Made by a program: the position numbers and the translations under genes. Below, piece after piece: positions 31,581 through 42,209 of a stretch of DNA of 64,000 nucleotides (position 1 is the first letter of the stretch; every line of letters starts with the position of its first letter). The notes beneath the pieces were generated by a model. The model was given only the letters and a program-made list of their open reading frames with translations. It had not been told where the DNA came from and did not search any database. The stretch lies in assembly GCF_056746865.1 (NCBI RefSeq), contig NZ_CM163382.1; one strand, written 5' to 3'.

Positions 31581-34007
31581 ATGTCCAAAAATGAACAAAT
31601 GGTGGGCATCAGCCGCAGAACACTCGTTAAATCTACCGCGATAGGTTCTCTGGCGCTGGCTGCAGGCGGTTTTTCTTTACCGTTCACCCTGCGCAGTGCA
31701 GCGGCAGCGGTACAGCAGGCCAGCGAGAAAGTGGTCTGGGGTGCCTGTTCCGTCAACTGTGGTAGCCGCTGTGCACTTCGTCTGCATGTTAAAGATAATG
31801 AAGTGACCTGGGTGGAAACTGACAACACCGGCAACGACGAGTATGGCAATCATCAAGTACGTGCCTGTTTGCGCGGTCGCTCCATCCGTCGGCGTATTAA
31901 TCATCCCGATCGCTTGAATTACCCAATGAAACGCGTGGGCAAACGCGGCGAAGGCAAATTCGAACGGATTAGCTGGGATGAAGCCCTGGATACTATCGCC
32001 AGTAGCCTGAAAAAAACCGTCGAACAATATGGCAATGAGGCTGTATATATTCAGTACTCTTCAGGGATCGTTGGCGGCAATATGACCCGCTCTTCGCCAT
32101 CCGCCTCGGCGGTCAAACGCCTGATGAACTGCTACGGCGGTTCACTCAACCAGTATGGCTCCTACAGCACCGCGCAAATTTCCTGTGCCATGCCCTACAC
32201 CTACGGCAGTAATGATGGCAACAGCACCACGGATATTGAAAACAGCAAGCTGGTCGTGATGTTTGGTAACAACCCGGCAGAAACCCGCATGAGCGGCGGT
32301 GGCATCACTTATCTTCTTGAAAAAGCGCGCGAGAAATCGAACGCAAAAATGATTGTTATCGATCCGCGATATACCGATACAGCTGCTGGTCGTGAAGACG
32401 AATGGCTACCTATTCGCCCGGGCACCGATGCCGCGCTGGTTGCGGGTATTGCCTGGGTATTGATTAACGAAAATCTCGTTGATCAACCTTTTCTCGATAA
32501 ATACTGCGTCGGCTATGACGAAAAAACCTTACCCGCAGATGCACCAAAAAATGGTCACTATAAAGCCTATATTCTTGGTGAAGGAGACGACAAAACAGCG
32601 AAAACGCCGCAGTGGGCTTCGCAAATTACCGGTATCCCGGTGGACCGTATCATCAAACTGGCGCGTGAAATTGGCACAGCAAAACCCGCTTATATCTGCC
32701 AGGGCTGGGGACCGCAACGCCAGGCAAACGGCGAGCTGACTGCACGCGCTATTGCGATGTTGCCTATTCTGACGGGCAATGTCGGCATCAGCGGCGGAAA
32801 TAGTGGCGCGCGTGAATCGACCTATACCATTACCATAGAACGCCTACCGGTGCTGGATAATCCGGTCAAAACGTCAATCTCCTGCTTCAGCTGGACAGAT
32901 GCTATCGATCATGGCCCGCAAATGACGGCAATCCGCGACGGTGTCCGGGGCAAAGATAAACTGGATGTGCCCATTAAGTTCATCTGGAACTACGCGGGAA
33001 ATACCCTCGTTAATCAGCATTCTGACATCAACAAAACGCATGAAATTCTGCAGGACGAATCGAAATGCGAAATGATTGTGGTCATCGAAAACTTTATGAC
33101 CTCATCGGCAAAATATGCCGACATTCTGCTGCCAGACCTGATGACCGTTGAGCAGGAAGATATTATTCCTAACGACTACGCCGGTAACATGGGATATCTC
33201 ATTTTCCTCCAGCCTGTCACCAGCGAAAAATTCGAACGCAAACCGATTTACTGGATCCTGAGTGAAGTCGCGAAACGTCTTGGACCTGAAGTCTATCAAA
33301 AGTTCACTGAAGGTCGCACTCAGGAACAATGGTTACAACATCTGTACGCCAAAATGCTTGCCAAAGATCCGGCGTTACCGTCTTACGACGAATTAAAAAA
33401 AATGGGTATCTATAAGCGTAAAGATCCCAATGGTCATTTTGTCGCCTACAAAGCATTTCGTGACGACCCCGAGGCAAATCCACTTAAAACGCCTTCCGGT
33501 AAGATTGAAATTTACTCCAGCAAGCTGGCGGAAATTGCCCGTACCTGGGAACTGGAAAAAGATGAAGTGATAAGCCCACTGCCGGTTTATGCCTCAACCT
33601 TTGAAGGCTGGGACTCCCCTGAACGTAGTACCTTTCCACTGCAACTGTTTGGTTTCCATTACAAATCCCGTACTCACTCGACCTACGGCAACATTGATGT
33701 CCTGAAGGCAGCCTGCCGTCAGGAAGTGTGGATCAACCCTATAGATGCACAGAAACGTGGGATTGCCAACGGCGATATGGTGCGGGTGTTTAACCATCGT
33801 GGCGAAGTTCGGCTACCAGCCAAAGTGACACCACGCATTCTCCCTGGGGTTAGCGCTATGGGCCAGGGAGCCTGGCACGAGGCCAATATGTCTGGCGATA
33901 AAATCGACCATGGCGGCTGTGTGAATACGCTAACCACTCTGCGCCCTTCACCACTGGCGAAGGGAAACCCGCAGCACACTAATCTGGTCGAGATCGAAAA
34001 AATATAA
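31581..34007 (+). CDS. ynfE: Tat-exported molybdopterin oxidoreductase catalytic subunit (DMSO-reductase family, DmsA paralog; selenate reductase)
   Basis: 808 aa; twin-arginine motif SRRTLVKS; N-terminal cysteine cluster CSVNCGSRC; molybdoenzyme domains. Confidence 0.93.
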   Translation: MSKNEQMVGISRRTLVKSTAIGSLALAAGGFSLPFTLRSAAAAVQQASEKVVWGACSVNCGSRCALRLHVKDNEVTWVETDNTGNDEYGNHQVRACLRGRSIRRRINHPDRLNYPMKRVGKRGEGKFERISWDEALDTIASSLKKTVEQYGNEAVYIQYSSGIVGGNMTRSSPSASAVKRLMNCYGGSLNQYGSYSTAQISCAMPYTYGSNDGNSTTDIENSKLVVMFGNNPAETRMSGGGITYLLEKAREKSNAKMIVIDPRYTDTAAGREDEWLPIRPGTDAALVAGIAWVLINENLVDQPFLDKYCVGYDEKTLPADAPKNGHYKAYILGEGDDKTAKTPQWASQITGIPVDRIIKLAREIGTAKPAYICQGWGPQRQANGELTARAIAMLPILTGNVGISGGNSGARESTYTITIERLPVLDNPVKTSISCFSWTDAIDHGPQMTAIRDGVRGKDKLDVPIKFIWNYAGNTLVNQHSDINKTHEILQDESKCEMIVVIENFMTSSAKYADILLPDLMTVEQEDIIPNDYAGNMGYLIFLQPVTSEKFERKPIYWILSEVAKRLGPEVYQKFTEGRTQEQWLQHLYAKMLAKDPALPSYDELKKMGIYKRKDPNGHFVAYKAFRDDPEANPLKTPSGKIEIYSSKLAEIARTWELEKDEVISPLPVYASTFEGWDSPERSTFPLQLFGFHYKSRTHSTYGNIDVLKAACRQEVWINPIDAQKRGIANGDMVRVFNHRGEVRLPAKVTPRILPGVSAMGQGAWHEANMSGDKIDHGGCVNTLTTLRPSPLAKGNPQHTNLVEIEKI

Positions 34008-34067
34008 CCCACTACAACCATAAATTCTGACATGACATTTTGTTTGAAAAGCAATAAGTGAGTAATG

Positions 34068-36491
34068 ATGAAAATCCATACCACAGAGGCGCTCATGAAG
34101 GCTGAAATCAGCCGTAGAAGTCTGATGAAAACCTCCGCACTTGGCAGTCTCGCGCTGGCAAGCAGTGCTTTCACTCTGCCATTTTCCCAAATGGTCCGAG
34201 CGGCAGAGGTACCGGTAGAAGAGAAAGCGGTCTGGAGTTCCTGCACCGTTAACTGCGGGAGCCGCTGTCTGTTACGTTTGCATGTGAAAGATGACACCGT
34301 GTACTGGGTGGAGTCTGATACGACAGGTGACGACGTCTACGGTAATCATCAGGTTCGGGCGTGTTTACGCGGACGCTCTATCCGTCGACGGATGAATCAT
34401 CCTGATAGGTTGAAATATCCCATGAAGCGTGTCGGCAAGCGCGGTGAAGGTAAATTTGAACGGATAAGTTGGGACGAAGCCCTGGATACCATCAGTGATA
34501 ATCTTCGGCGGATCCTAAAAGATTACGGCAATGAGGCTGTACATGTTCTCTATGGAACAGGCGTAGATGGCGGAAACATCACCAACTCAAACGTCCCGTA
34601 CCGTCTGATGAACTCTTGCGGTGGTTTTCTCAGTCGCTATGGCAGCTACAGTACCGCACAGATCAGTGCCGCAATGAGTTATATGTTCGGTGCCAATGAT
34701 GGCAACAGCCCGGATGATATCGCCAATACGAAACTGGTCGTTATGTTCGGAAATAACCCGGCAGAAACTCGGATGAGCGGCGGTGGTGTCACTTACTACG
34801 TCGAGCAAGCCCGAGAACGTTCAAATGCACGCATGATCGTCATCGATCCACGTTATAACGACACAGCTGCCGGACGTGAAGATGAATGGCTGCCCATTCG
34901 CCCTGGCACCGATGGAGCACTGGCCTGTGCGATTGCCTGGGTACTGATTACTGAAAACATGGTCGATCAGCCATTTCTCGACAAATATTGTGTTGGTTAC
35001 GATGAAAAAACGCTGCCCGCCAACGCACCACGTAACGCGCATTATAAAGCCTATATTCTGGGCGAAGGGCCTGACGGCATAGCTAAAACGCCGGAATGGG
35101 CAGCAAAAATCACCAGCATACCGGCAGAAAAAATTATCCATTTGGCACGAGAGATCGGTTCAGCAAAACCTGCTTATATTTGTCAGGGTTGGGGGCCACA
35201 ACGACACTCCAACGGCGAACAAACGTCCCGCGCTATTGCCATGCTTTCCGTTCTCACCGGTAACGTCGGCATAAACGGCGGCAACTCAGGTGTACGCGAA
35301 GGTAGCTGGGATCTGGGGGTAGAATGGTTCCCGATGCTTGAGAATCCTGTTAAAACGCAGATTTCCGTCTTTACATGGACAGATGCCATCGACCACGGTA
35401 CGGAAATGACCGCGACCCGTGATGGTGTTCGTGGAAAAGAAAAACTGGATGTCCCCATCAAGTTTTTATGGTGCTACGCCAGTAACACATTGATCAATCA
35501 ACATGGCGACATCAATCACACCCATGAGGTGCTTCAGGATGACAGCAAGTGCGAGATGATTGTTGGCATTGACCACTTCATGACTGCCTCGGCTAAGTAT
35601 TGCGATATCCTGTTGCCCGACCTGATGCCAACAGAGCAAGAAGACCTTATCTCTCACGAATCTGCCGGGAATATGGGCTATGTGATCCTCGCCCAACCCG
35701 CAACCTCAGCAAAATTTGAACGCAAACCCATCTACTGGATGCTGAGTGAAGTTGCCAAACGCTTAGGACCAGACGTTTATCAAACCTTTACTGAAGGTCG
35801 CAGTCAGCATGAATGGATCAAATATCTCCATGCGAAAACGAAGGAACGTAACCCTGAGATGCCCGACTACGAGGAGATGAAAACGACCGGGATCTTTAAG
35901 AAAAAATGCCCGGAAGAACACTACGTCGCTTTCCGCGCATTCCGTGAAGATCCACAGGCAAACCCGTTGAAAACACCTTCGGGGAAAATCGAAATTTATT
36001 CTGAACGACTGGCGACGATTGCGGATACCTGGGAATTGAAAAAAGATGAAATTATTCATCCCCTTCCTGCGTATACCCCAGGTTTTGATGGCTGGGACGA
36101 TCCCCTGCGGAAAACCTATCCACTGCAGTTAACGGGCTTCCACTACAAAGCGCGTACCCACTCCAGCTACGGCAATATTGATGTGTTACAGCAGGCCTGC
36201 CCACAAGAGGTGTGGATCAACCCTATTGATGCTCAGGCACGCGGTATCCGTCATGGCGATACCGTGCGGGTATTTAACAATAATGGAGAAATGCTGATTG
36301 CCGCAAAAGTGACTCCGCGTATTCTGCCTGGCGTTACCGCCATCGGGCAAGGTGCGTGGCTTAAAGCGGATATGTTTGGTGACCGGGTCGATCACGGCGG
36401 CAGTATCAATATTCTGACCTCTCACCGCCCTTCACCGCTGGCAAAGGGAAACCCGTCGCACAGCAATCTTGTCCAGATCGAAAAGGTTTAA
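34068..36491 (+). CDS. ynfF: Tat-exported molybdopterin oxidoreductase catalytic subunit (DmsA paralog)
   Basis: 807 aa from MKIHTTEAL; twin-arginine motif SRRSLMKT; close paralog of ynfE in tandem. Confidence 0.93.
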   Translation: MKIHTTEALMKAEISRRSLMKTSALGSLALASSAFTLPFSQMVRAAEVPVEEKAVWSSCTVNCGSRCLLRLHVKDDTVYWVESDTTGDDVYGNHQVRACLRGRSIRRRMNHPDRLKYPMKRVGKRGEGKFERISWDEALDTISDNLRRILKDYGNEAVHVLYGTGVDGGNITNSNVPYRLMNSCGGFLSRYGSYSTAQISAAMSYMFGANDGNSPDDIANTKLVVMFGNNPAETRMSGGGVTYYVEQARERSNARMIVIDPRYNDTAAGREDEWLPIRPGTDGALACAIAWVLITENMVDQPFLDKYCVGYDEKTLPANAPRNAHYKAYILGEGPDGIAKTPEWAAKITSIPAEKIIHLAREIGSAKPAYICQGWGPQRHSNGEQTSRAIAMLSVLTGNVGINGGNSGVREGSWDLGVEWFPMLENPVKTQISVFTWTDAIDHGTEMTATRDGVRGKEKLDVPIKFLWCYASNTLINQHGDINHTHEVLQDDSKCEMIVGIDHFMTASAKYCDILLPDLMPTEQEDLISHESAGNMGYVILAQPATSAKFERKPIYWMLSEVAKRLGPDVYQTFTEGRSQHEWIKYLHAKTKERNPEMPDYEEMKTTGIFKKKCPEEHYVAFRAFREDPQANPLKTPSGKIEIYSERLATIADTWELKKDEIIHPLPAYTPGFDGWDDPLRKTYPLQLTGFHYKARTHSSYGNIDVLQQACPQEVWINPIDAQARGIRHGDTVRVFNNNGEMLIAAKVTPRILPGVTAIGQGAWLKADMFGDRVDHGGSINILTSHRPSPLAKGNPSHSNLVQIEKV

Positions 36492-36501
36492 GGAGTAGCC
36501 C

Positions 36502-37119
36502 ATGACCACACAATATGGATTTTTTATCGATTCCAGCCGCTGTACTGGCTGTAAAACCTGCGAACTGGCGTGCAAAGATTTTAAAGATCTTGGCCCGGAA
36601 GTCAGTTTCCGCCGTATTTATGAATATGCTGGCGGCGACTGGCAGGAAGATAATGGCGTCTGGCACCAGAACGTGTTCGCTTATTATCTCTCCATCTCCT
36701 GTAACCATTGCGATGACCCCGCATGTACAAAAGTCTGCCCCAGCGGCGCAATGCATAAGCGTGAAGATGGCTTTGTGGTGGTTGATGAAGATGTTTGTAT
36801 CGGCTGCCGCTACTGCCACATGGCTTGTCCGTACGGCGCGCCACAGTACAATGCTGAAAAAGGACACATGACGAAGTGCGATGGTTGTTATTCGCGCGTC
36901 GCCGAGGGGAAACAACCCATATGTGTCGAATCCTGCCCGCTGCGTGCACTTGAGTTCGGTCCAATTGAAGAGCTGCGCCAGAAGCACGGCACTCTGGCTG
37001 CCGTCGCGCCACTACCGCGCGCGCATTTCACAAAACCCAATATCGTTATCAAACCTAACGCCAACAGCCGCCCGACCGGCGATACCACTGGTTATCTGGC
37101 TAATCCGGAGGAAGTGTAA
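36502..37119 (+). CDS. ynfG: 4Fe-4S ferredoxin-type electron-transfer subunit (DmsB paralog)
   Basis: 205 aa with four Cys clusters (CTGCKTCELAC, CNHCDDPAC, CIGCRYCHMAC, CDGC...C). Confidence 0.93.
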   Translation: MTTQYGFFIDSSRCTGCKTCELACKDFKDLGPEVSFRRIYEYAGGDWQEDNGVWHQNVFAYYLSISCNHCDDPACTKVCPSGAMHKREDGFVVVDEDVCIGCRYCHMACPYGAPQYNAEKGHMTKCDGCYSRVAEGKQPICVESCPLRALEFGPIEELRQKHGTLAAVAPLPRAHFTKPNIVIKPNANSRPTGDTTGYLANPEEV

Positions 37120-37120
37120 A

Positions 37121-37975
37121 ATGGGAAATGGATGGCATGAATGGCCACTGGTTATCTTTACCGTATTGGGTCAATGCGTAGTAGGCGCGCTGATTGTTAG
37201 CGGAATTGGCTGGTTCGCCGCCAATAATGACGCAGACCGTCAGCGTATTGTCCGTGGCATGTTTTTCCTCTGGCTGTTGATGGGCATCGGGTTTATTGCC
37301 TCTGTCATGCACCTGGGATCGCCACTGCGAGCGTTTAACTCGCTGAATCGAATCGGAGCTTCTGGTCTGAGTAACGAGATTGCTGCCGGTTCCATATTTT
37401 TTGCCGTTGGCGGATTATGGTGGCTGGTGGCAGTCATCGGTAAGATGCCGCAAGCGTTGGGGAAACTCTGGTTACTTGTCAGCATGGCGCTCGGCGTCAT
37501 TTTCGTCTGGATGATGACCTGCGTGTATCAAATCGACACAGTGCCAACCTGGCATAACGGTTACACTACGCTGGCTTTCTTCCTGACAGTATTGTTGAGC
37601 GGTCCAATACTTGCTGCCGCAATTCTGCGGGCAGCCCGCATTACATTTAATACCACACCCTTTGCCATCATTAGCGTTCTGGCGCTGATCGCTTGTGCCG
37701 GGGTGATTGTGCTGCAAGGTTTGTCTCTGGCGTCTATTCACTCATCCGTACAACAAGCCAGCGCACTGGTACCAGATTACGCCTCCTTACAGGTCTGGCG
37801 TGTGGTATTGTTATGCGCAGGTCTAGGATGCTGGCTTTGTCCGCTCATTCGTCGCCGTGAACCTCACGTTGCCGGACTTGTTCTGGGGCTAATCCTCATA
37901 CTTGGCGGTGAGATGATCGGGCGTGTGCTCTTTTATGGCCTGCACATGACGGTAGGAATGGCTATTGCAGGTTAA
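37121..37975 (+). CDS. ynfH: membrane anchor subunit (DmsC paralog)
   Basis: Start at MGNGWHEWPLVIF, 2 nt after the ynfG stop; 284 aa; polytopic. The ORF track entry 36881..37975 is over-extended. Confidence 0.9.
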   Translation: MGNGWHEWPLVIFTVLGQCVVGALIVSGIGWFAANNDADRQRIVRGMFFLWLLMGIGFIASVMHLGSPLRAFNSLNRIGASGLSNEIAAGSIFFAVGGLWWLVAVIGKMPQALGKLWLLVSMALGVIFVWMMTCVYQIDTVPTWHNGYTTLAFFLTVLLSGPILAAAILRAARITFNTTPFAIISVLALIACAGVIVLQGLSLASIHSSVQQASALVPDYASLQVWRVVLLCAGLGCWLCPLIRRREPHVAGLVLGLILILGGEMIGRVLFYGLHMTVGMAIAG

Positions 37976-38017
37976 CAAATTGGTGCGGGGCAACCCGCAC
38001 ATTTCAGGATGTTAGGA

Positions 38018-38632
38018 ATGACCCATTTTTCACAGCAAGATAATTTTTCTGTCGCGGCGCGCGTGTTGGGCGCGCTGTTTTATTACGCTCCAGAGAGTGC
38101 GGAAGCCGCACCTCTGGTTGCGGTACTCACCCGTGACGGCTGGGAAACTCAGTGGCCTCTACCAGAAGCGTCATTAGCGCCGCTGGTGACGGCTTTTCAG
38201 GCACAGAGTGAAGAGACTCGCGCCCAGGCCTGGCAGCGTTTGTTTGTCGGTCCGTGGGCTCTGCCATCACCGCCGTGGGGGGCGGTCTGGCTGGATCGCG
38301 AATCTGTGCTGTTTGGCGATTCAACATTGGCACTTCGTCAGTGGATGCGCGAGAAAGGCATTCAGTTTGAAATGAAGCAAAACGAACCGGAAGATCATTT
38401 TGGTTCACTGCTGTTGATGGCTGCGTGGTTGGCGGAGAATGGTCGCCAGACAGAATGCGAAGAATTGCTGGCATGGCACCTTTTTCCGTGGTCAACACGT
38501 TTTCTTGACGTTTTTATCGAAAAAGCAGAACACCCTTTCTACCGTGCACTGGGTGAACTGGCTCGCTTAACGCTGGCGCAATGGCAATCACAACTGTTAA
38601 TTCCTGTCGCGGTTAAACCACTCTTTCGATAG
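38018..38632 (+). CDS. dmsD: Tat proofreading chaperone DmsD
   Basis: Start at MTHFSQQDNFS (204 aa); TorD-family; operon context. Confidence 0.92.
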   Translation: MTHFSQQDNFSVAARVLGALFYYAPESAEAAPLVAVLTRDGWETQWPLPEASLAPLVTAFQAQSEETRAQAWQRLFVGPWALPSPPWGAVWLDRESVLFGDSTLALRQWMREKGIQFEMKQNEPEDHFGSLLLMAAWLAENGRQTECEELLAWHLFPWSTRFLDVFIEKAEHPFYRALGELARLTLAQWQSQLLIPVAVKPLFR

Positions 38633-38825
38633 GATCACCGTAATATTGCCGGATGGTGTCGATTAGGCGCAATTCGGCAATAATAGGTTACAGTGTCACG
38701 TTTTTTATCTCTTAAAGCACGCACTGCTTTTGCGTCTGGCTTCTTTTGCCGCAAAATAGTCGCCCGTATTTCATTGCCCATTTCTGCTCATGCATCATCT
38801 ACACATCTATCCGGATCTGCGCACT

Positions 38826-40082
38826 ATGTTCCGCCGTCTGCTTATCGCAACAGTCGTCGGTATTCTTGCGGCCTTTGCCGTTGCCGGGTTTCGTCATGCA
38901 ATGCTGCTACTGGAGTGGTTGTTCCTCAATAATGACTCGGGCAGTCTGGTCAATGCAGCGACAAATCTTTCCCCCTGGCGACGGCTGCTAACTCCGGCGC
39001 TCGGCGGACTGGCGGCGGGTTTGTTGCTGATGGGCTGGCAGAAATTTACCCAGCAACGCCCTCATGCGCCGACCGATTACATGGAAGCGTTGCAAACCGA
39101 TGGGCAGTTTGATTACGCAGCAAGCCTGGTTAAATCCCTTGCCTCTCTGCTGGTAGTAACCAGCGGCAGTGCAATTGGTCGCGAAGGTGCGATGATTCTT
39201 TTAGCTGCCCTTGCCGCCTCCTGTTTTGCCCAACGTTTTACGCCACGCCAGGAGTGGAAATTATGGATCGCCTGTGGAGCTGCGGCGGGAATGGCTGCGG
39301 CCTATCGCGCCCCGCTTGCTGGCAGTTTATTTATAGCCGAAGTGCTGTTTGGCACTATGATGTTGGCCTCTCTCGGCCCGGTGATTATTTCCGCCGTCGT
39401 GGCATTGCTGGTTAGCAATCTGATTAATCATAGCGACGCGTTACTCTACAGTGTACAACTCTCAGTGACGGTTCAGGCTCGTGACTATGCGCTGATTATC
39501 AGTACAGGTGTGCTGGCAGGTCTGTGCGGACCACTGTTGTTAACGTTGATGAACGCCTGTCATCGTGAATTTGTAAGTCTCAAGCTTGCGCCGCCCTGGC
39601 AACTGGCACTGGGCGGGTTGATCGTGGGTCTGCTTTCCCTGTTCACACCTGCAGTGTGGGGCAACGGCTATAGCACCGTACAATCCTTTTTAACCGCTCC
39701 GCCACTGTTAATGATCATTGCCGGGATCTTCCTCTGTAAACTGTTTGCCGTGCTGGCGAGTAGTGGTTCTGGCGCGCCCGGTGGTGTCTTTACACCGACG
39801 CTATTTATCGGTCTTGCCATTGGCATGTTGTATGGTCGTAGCCTGGGATTATGGTTCCCTGATGGCGAAGAAATTACGCTTTTACTCGGATTGACCGGGA
39901 TGGCGACACTGTTGGCGGCAACCACGCACGCGCCGATTATGTCGACGTTGATGATATGTGAAATGACCGGGGAGTATCAGCTACTCCCCGGTTTATTGAT
40001 TGCCTGCGTAATTGCGTCGGTAATTTCGCGGACGTTACACCGTGACTCTATCTACCGCCAGCACACTGCGAAGCATAGCTAA
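38826..40082 (+). CDS. clcB: ClC-family voltage-gated chloride channel / H+-Cl- antiporter
   Basis: Start at [11 protein letters not shown] (418 aa); ClC selectivity-type motifs GSAIGREGA and [10 protein letters not shown]. Confidence 0.9.
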   Translation: MFRRLLIATVVGILAAFAVAGFRHAMLLLEWLFLNNDSGSLVNAATNLSPWRRLLTPALGGLAAGLLLMGWQKFTQQRPHAPTDYMEALQTDGQFDYAASLVKSLASLLVVTSGSAIGREGAMILLAALAASCFAQRFTPRQEWKLWIACGAAAGMAAAYRAPLAGSLFIAEVLFGTMMLASLGPVIISAVVALLVSNLINHSDALLYSVQLSVTVQARDYALIISTGVLAGLCGPLLLTLMNACHREFVSLKLAPPWQLALGGLIVGLLSLFTPAVWGNGYSTVQSFLTAPPLLMIIAGIFLCKLFAVLASSGSGAPGGVFTPTLFIGLAIGMLYGRSLGLWFPDGEEITLLLGLTGMATLLAATTHAPIMSTLMICEMTGEYQLLPGLLIACVIASVISRTLHRDSIYRQHTAKHS

Positions 40083-40730
40083 GCGGATGTATTGCCCCAG
40101 TTCACGCTGTTCGGCGCGCGGCAGATAAGGCAGTTCACCAATGAGCGGTGCCGGAAGTTTTTTACCGAGCACATCAATGATTTCCGCATAATGCGCCAGT
40201 CCTGGATTGATTCGGTTAGCCACCCAGCCAATGAGCGGTAGCCCGTCGTTGGCGATCGCCTGAGCTGTTAGCAGTGCATGGTTAATGCAACCTTCCTGAA
40301 TACCGACAACCATCAACACCGGCAGTTGTTCCTGCACCACCCATTCAGAGAGCGGACGCAAATCATTCATCAGACTGCGCCAGCCGCCAGTCCCTTCTAC
40401 CACGACATGATCGACTTTATCGGTCAGGTTTGCCAGGCCGTTTGAAATGAGGGTGTAATTGATTGGGCAACTGTGCGCCACGCTACTTTCTTCTTCGCTT
40501 AACGCGATAGGATTAACTGCTTCATAAGGCAGTTCGATGGTTGAAACACTCTGCAACACCAGGGCATCTTTATTACGCAGCCCTTCGGGTGTCTCTTTGC
40601 TCCCCTTCGCTACGGGTTTATATCCCGCAACCGTTTTTCCCTGGGAGGCTAACGCTTGTAGCAATGCGCGGGAAACCACCGTTTTCCCTACAGAAGTGTC
40701 TGTACCGGTAATAAAGAAACGCTTCAGCAT
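40035..40730 (-). CDS. ynfK: dethiobiotin synthetase paralog (BioD-like ATPase)
   Basis: Start at [17 protein letters not shown] (P-loop); 231 aa; its 3' end overlaps the clcB 3' end by 48 bp (convergent). Confidence 0.9.
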   Translation of the reverse strand: MLKRFFITGTDTSVGKTVVSRALLQALASQGKTVAGYKPVAKGSKETPEGLRNKDALVLQSVSTIELPYEAVNPIALSEEESSVAHSCPINYTLISNGLANLTDKVDHVVVEGTGGWRSLMNDLRPLSEWVVQEQLPVLMVVGIQEGCINHALLTAQAIANDGLPLIGWVANRINPGLAHYAEIIDVLGKKLPAPLIGELPYLPRAEQRELGQYIRLAMLRSVLAVDRVTV

Positions 40731-40854
40731 CACTAACTCCACCGTTATGCTTCACAAATATAAACCAGGAAAATAATTAACCTTGAAAGTCTAAGTTATG
40801 CTTTCCTGGCCCAAATTGAGATAGCGCAAATTTTGGTAGAACAGTTAAAAAATG

Positions 40855-42075
40855 TTAACCCTGCAACAGACGAATCAACAAAGAACCGTTATACATCGCG
40901 TCTTTTACCAGCGCAGCCCCTGCCATCGTGCCCTGGTTAGAAAACTGAGTACTCTCAACGCTAATGTGCTGACTATACGCAGGAAGGGCCTGCTGACGGA
41001 TGCTATCTGAGATGACCGGGAAGAGGATATCTGCCGCTTTACTTAACGGTGAGCCAATCAGTATTTTTTGTGGGTTAAATAAATTCACCATGATGGCAAG
41101 AATGCGCCCTACATGCGCGCCCACCCCGGTAATGATGTCTTTTGCCAGCAGATCGCCGCGCAATGCCGCCTGACACAATGAGTCCACGGTTAACGGTTGT
41201 CCATGTAACATCGAGCTCATGGATTGATTGAGACGCAGCTGTGCCAGCTCAAGAATACTGTCCACACTGGCGATGGTTTCGAGGCAGCCGTGATTCCCGC
41301 AATAACAGCGTTTCCCATACGGGTCGACCTGCGTGTGACCTATTTCCACAAGGCTACTGCTGCCTACGTGTAGCAGATGACCATCGGTAATGACGCCCGC
41401 CCCCACGTTGTGATCGATAACCACCTGAATCACATCGCGCGCCCCGCGTGAGGCACCAAACAAGGCCTCAGCCATCGTCCATGCGCTGATATCATGCTGA
41501 ATATAAACCGGTACGCCGGTATGCTGCTCCAGCGCCTCGCCGAGCGGCATCTCTTTTACATCCTCGTAGAACGGCATGCGATGTACAATACCATTTTCCG
41601 TATCAATAATTCCCGGCAAGGTAATGGCAATCGAAGTCAGACGCTCAAGTTTTTTCTGGTGGCGGATAAAAAACTGATCGATATGGGAAATGATACGATC
41701 CAGCAATGGTGAGTCATCTTTTAACGCCAGTTCCTGCGCCTCCTCCACCACCAGTTTGCTGCTCAGATCGCGCAGAGCAAGGAAAATCTCCCCGCGACTA
41801 ATGCGCAGAGAAAGATAGTGCCAGGCTTCAGTTTCAACCACCAGCCCCACTGCCGGACGGCCACGGTTCCCCGCTTCTTTGATTTCCAGCTCTTGCACCA
41901 GGTGTGCTTCGAGCATCTCACGGACAATTTTAGTGATACTGGCAGGAGCCAGCTGCGCCAGACGGGAAAGATCGATACGCGAGACTGGACCAAGCTGATC
42001 AATCAGGCGATAAACCGCGCCCGCGTTGGTCTGCTTTATTTGATCAATGTGCCCAGGCTGATTTTCAGCAACCAC
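40855..42075 (-). CDS. mlc: ROK-family global glucose regulator Mlc (DgsA)
   Basis: 406-aa ORF with an N-terminal HTH and ROK sugar-kinase-like fold with zinc cysteines (CYCGNHGC). Confidence 0.93.
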   Translation of the reverse strand: MVAENQPGHIDQIKQTNAGAVYRLIDQLGPVSRIDLSRLAQLAPASITKIVREMLEAHLVQELEIKEAGNRGRPAVGLVVETEAWHYLSLRISRGEIFLALRDLSSKLVVEEAQELALKDDSPLLDRIISHIDQFFIRHQKKLERLTSIAITLPGIIDTENGIVHRMPFYEDVKEMPLGEALEQHTGVPVYIQHDISAWTMAEALFGASRGARDVIQVVIDHNVGAGVITDGHLLHVGSSSLVEIGHTQVDPYGKRCYCGNHGCLETIASVDSILELAQLRLNQSMSSMLHGQPLTVDSLCQAALRGDLLAKDIITGVGAHVGRILAIMVNLFNPQKILIGSPLSKAADILFPVISDSIRQQALPAYSQHISVESTQFSNQGTMAGAALVKDAMYNGSLLIRLLQG

Positions 42076-42209
42076 CGCATACTCCCTATATTTTCGCGCT
42101 CCGAAATAATCTGTAGGCTATGGTGAAGCACTTCAATACGTGTCGTCAAATTTTTACTTAGGCATGTGATTAACAGCACATTTTTCGGGCTTTTTCGCTG
42201 AAATTTCCC

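Noticed and set aside
33719-34297. 192-aa minus-strand ORF spanning the ynfE/ynfF junction
   Set aside because: It overlaps two strongly supported plus-strand genes and their intergenic spacer, and has no recognisable features.
36406-36987. 193-aa minus-strand ORF spanning the ynfF/ynfG junction, and 36881..37975 as a 364-aa ynfH
   Set aside because: The minus-strand ORF is antisense to ynfF and ynfG. The long plus-strand ORF is an over-extension: the true ynfH start is the ATG at 37121, right after the ynfG stop.
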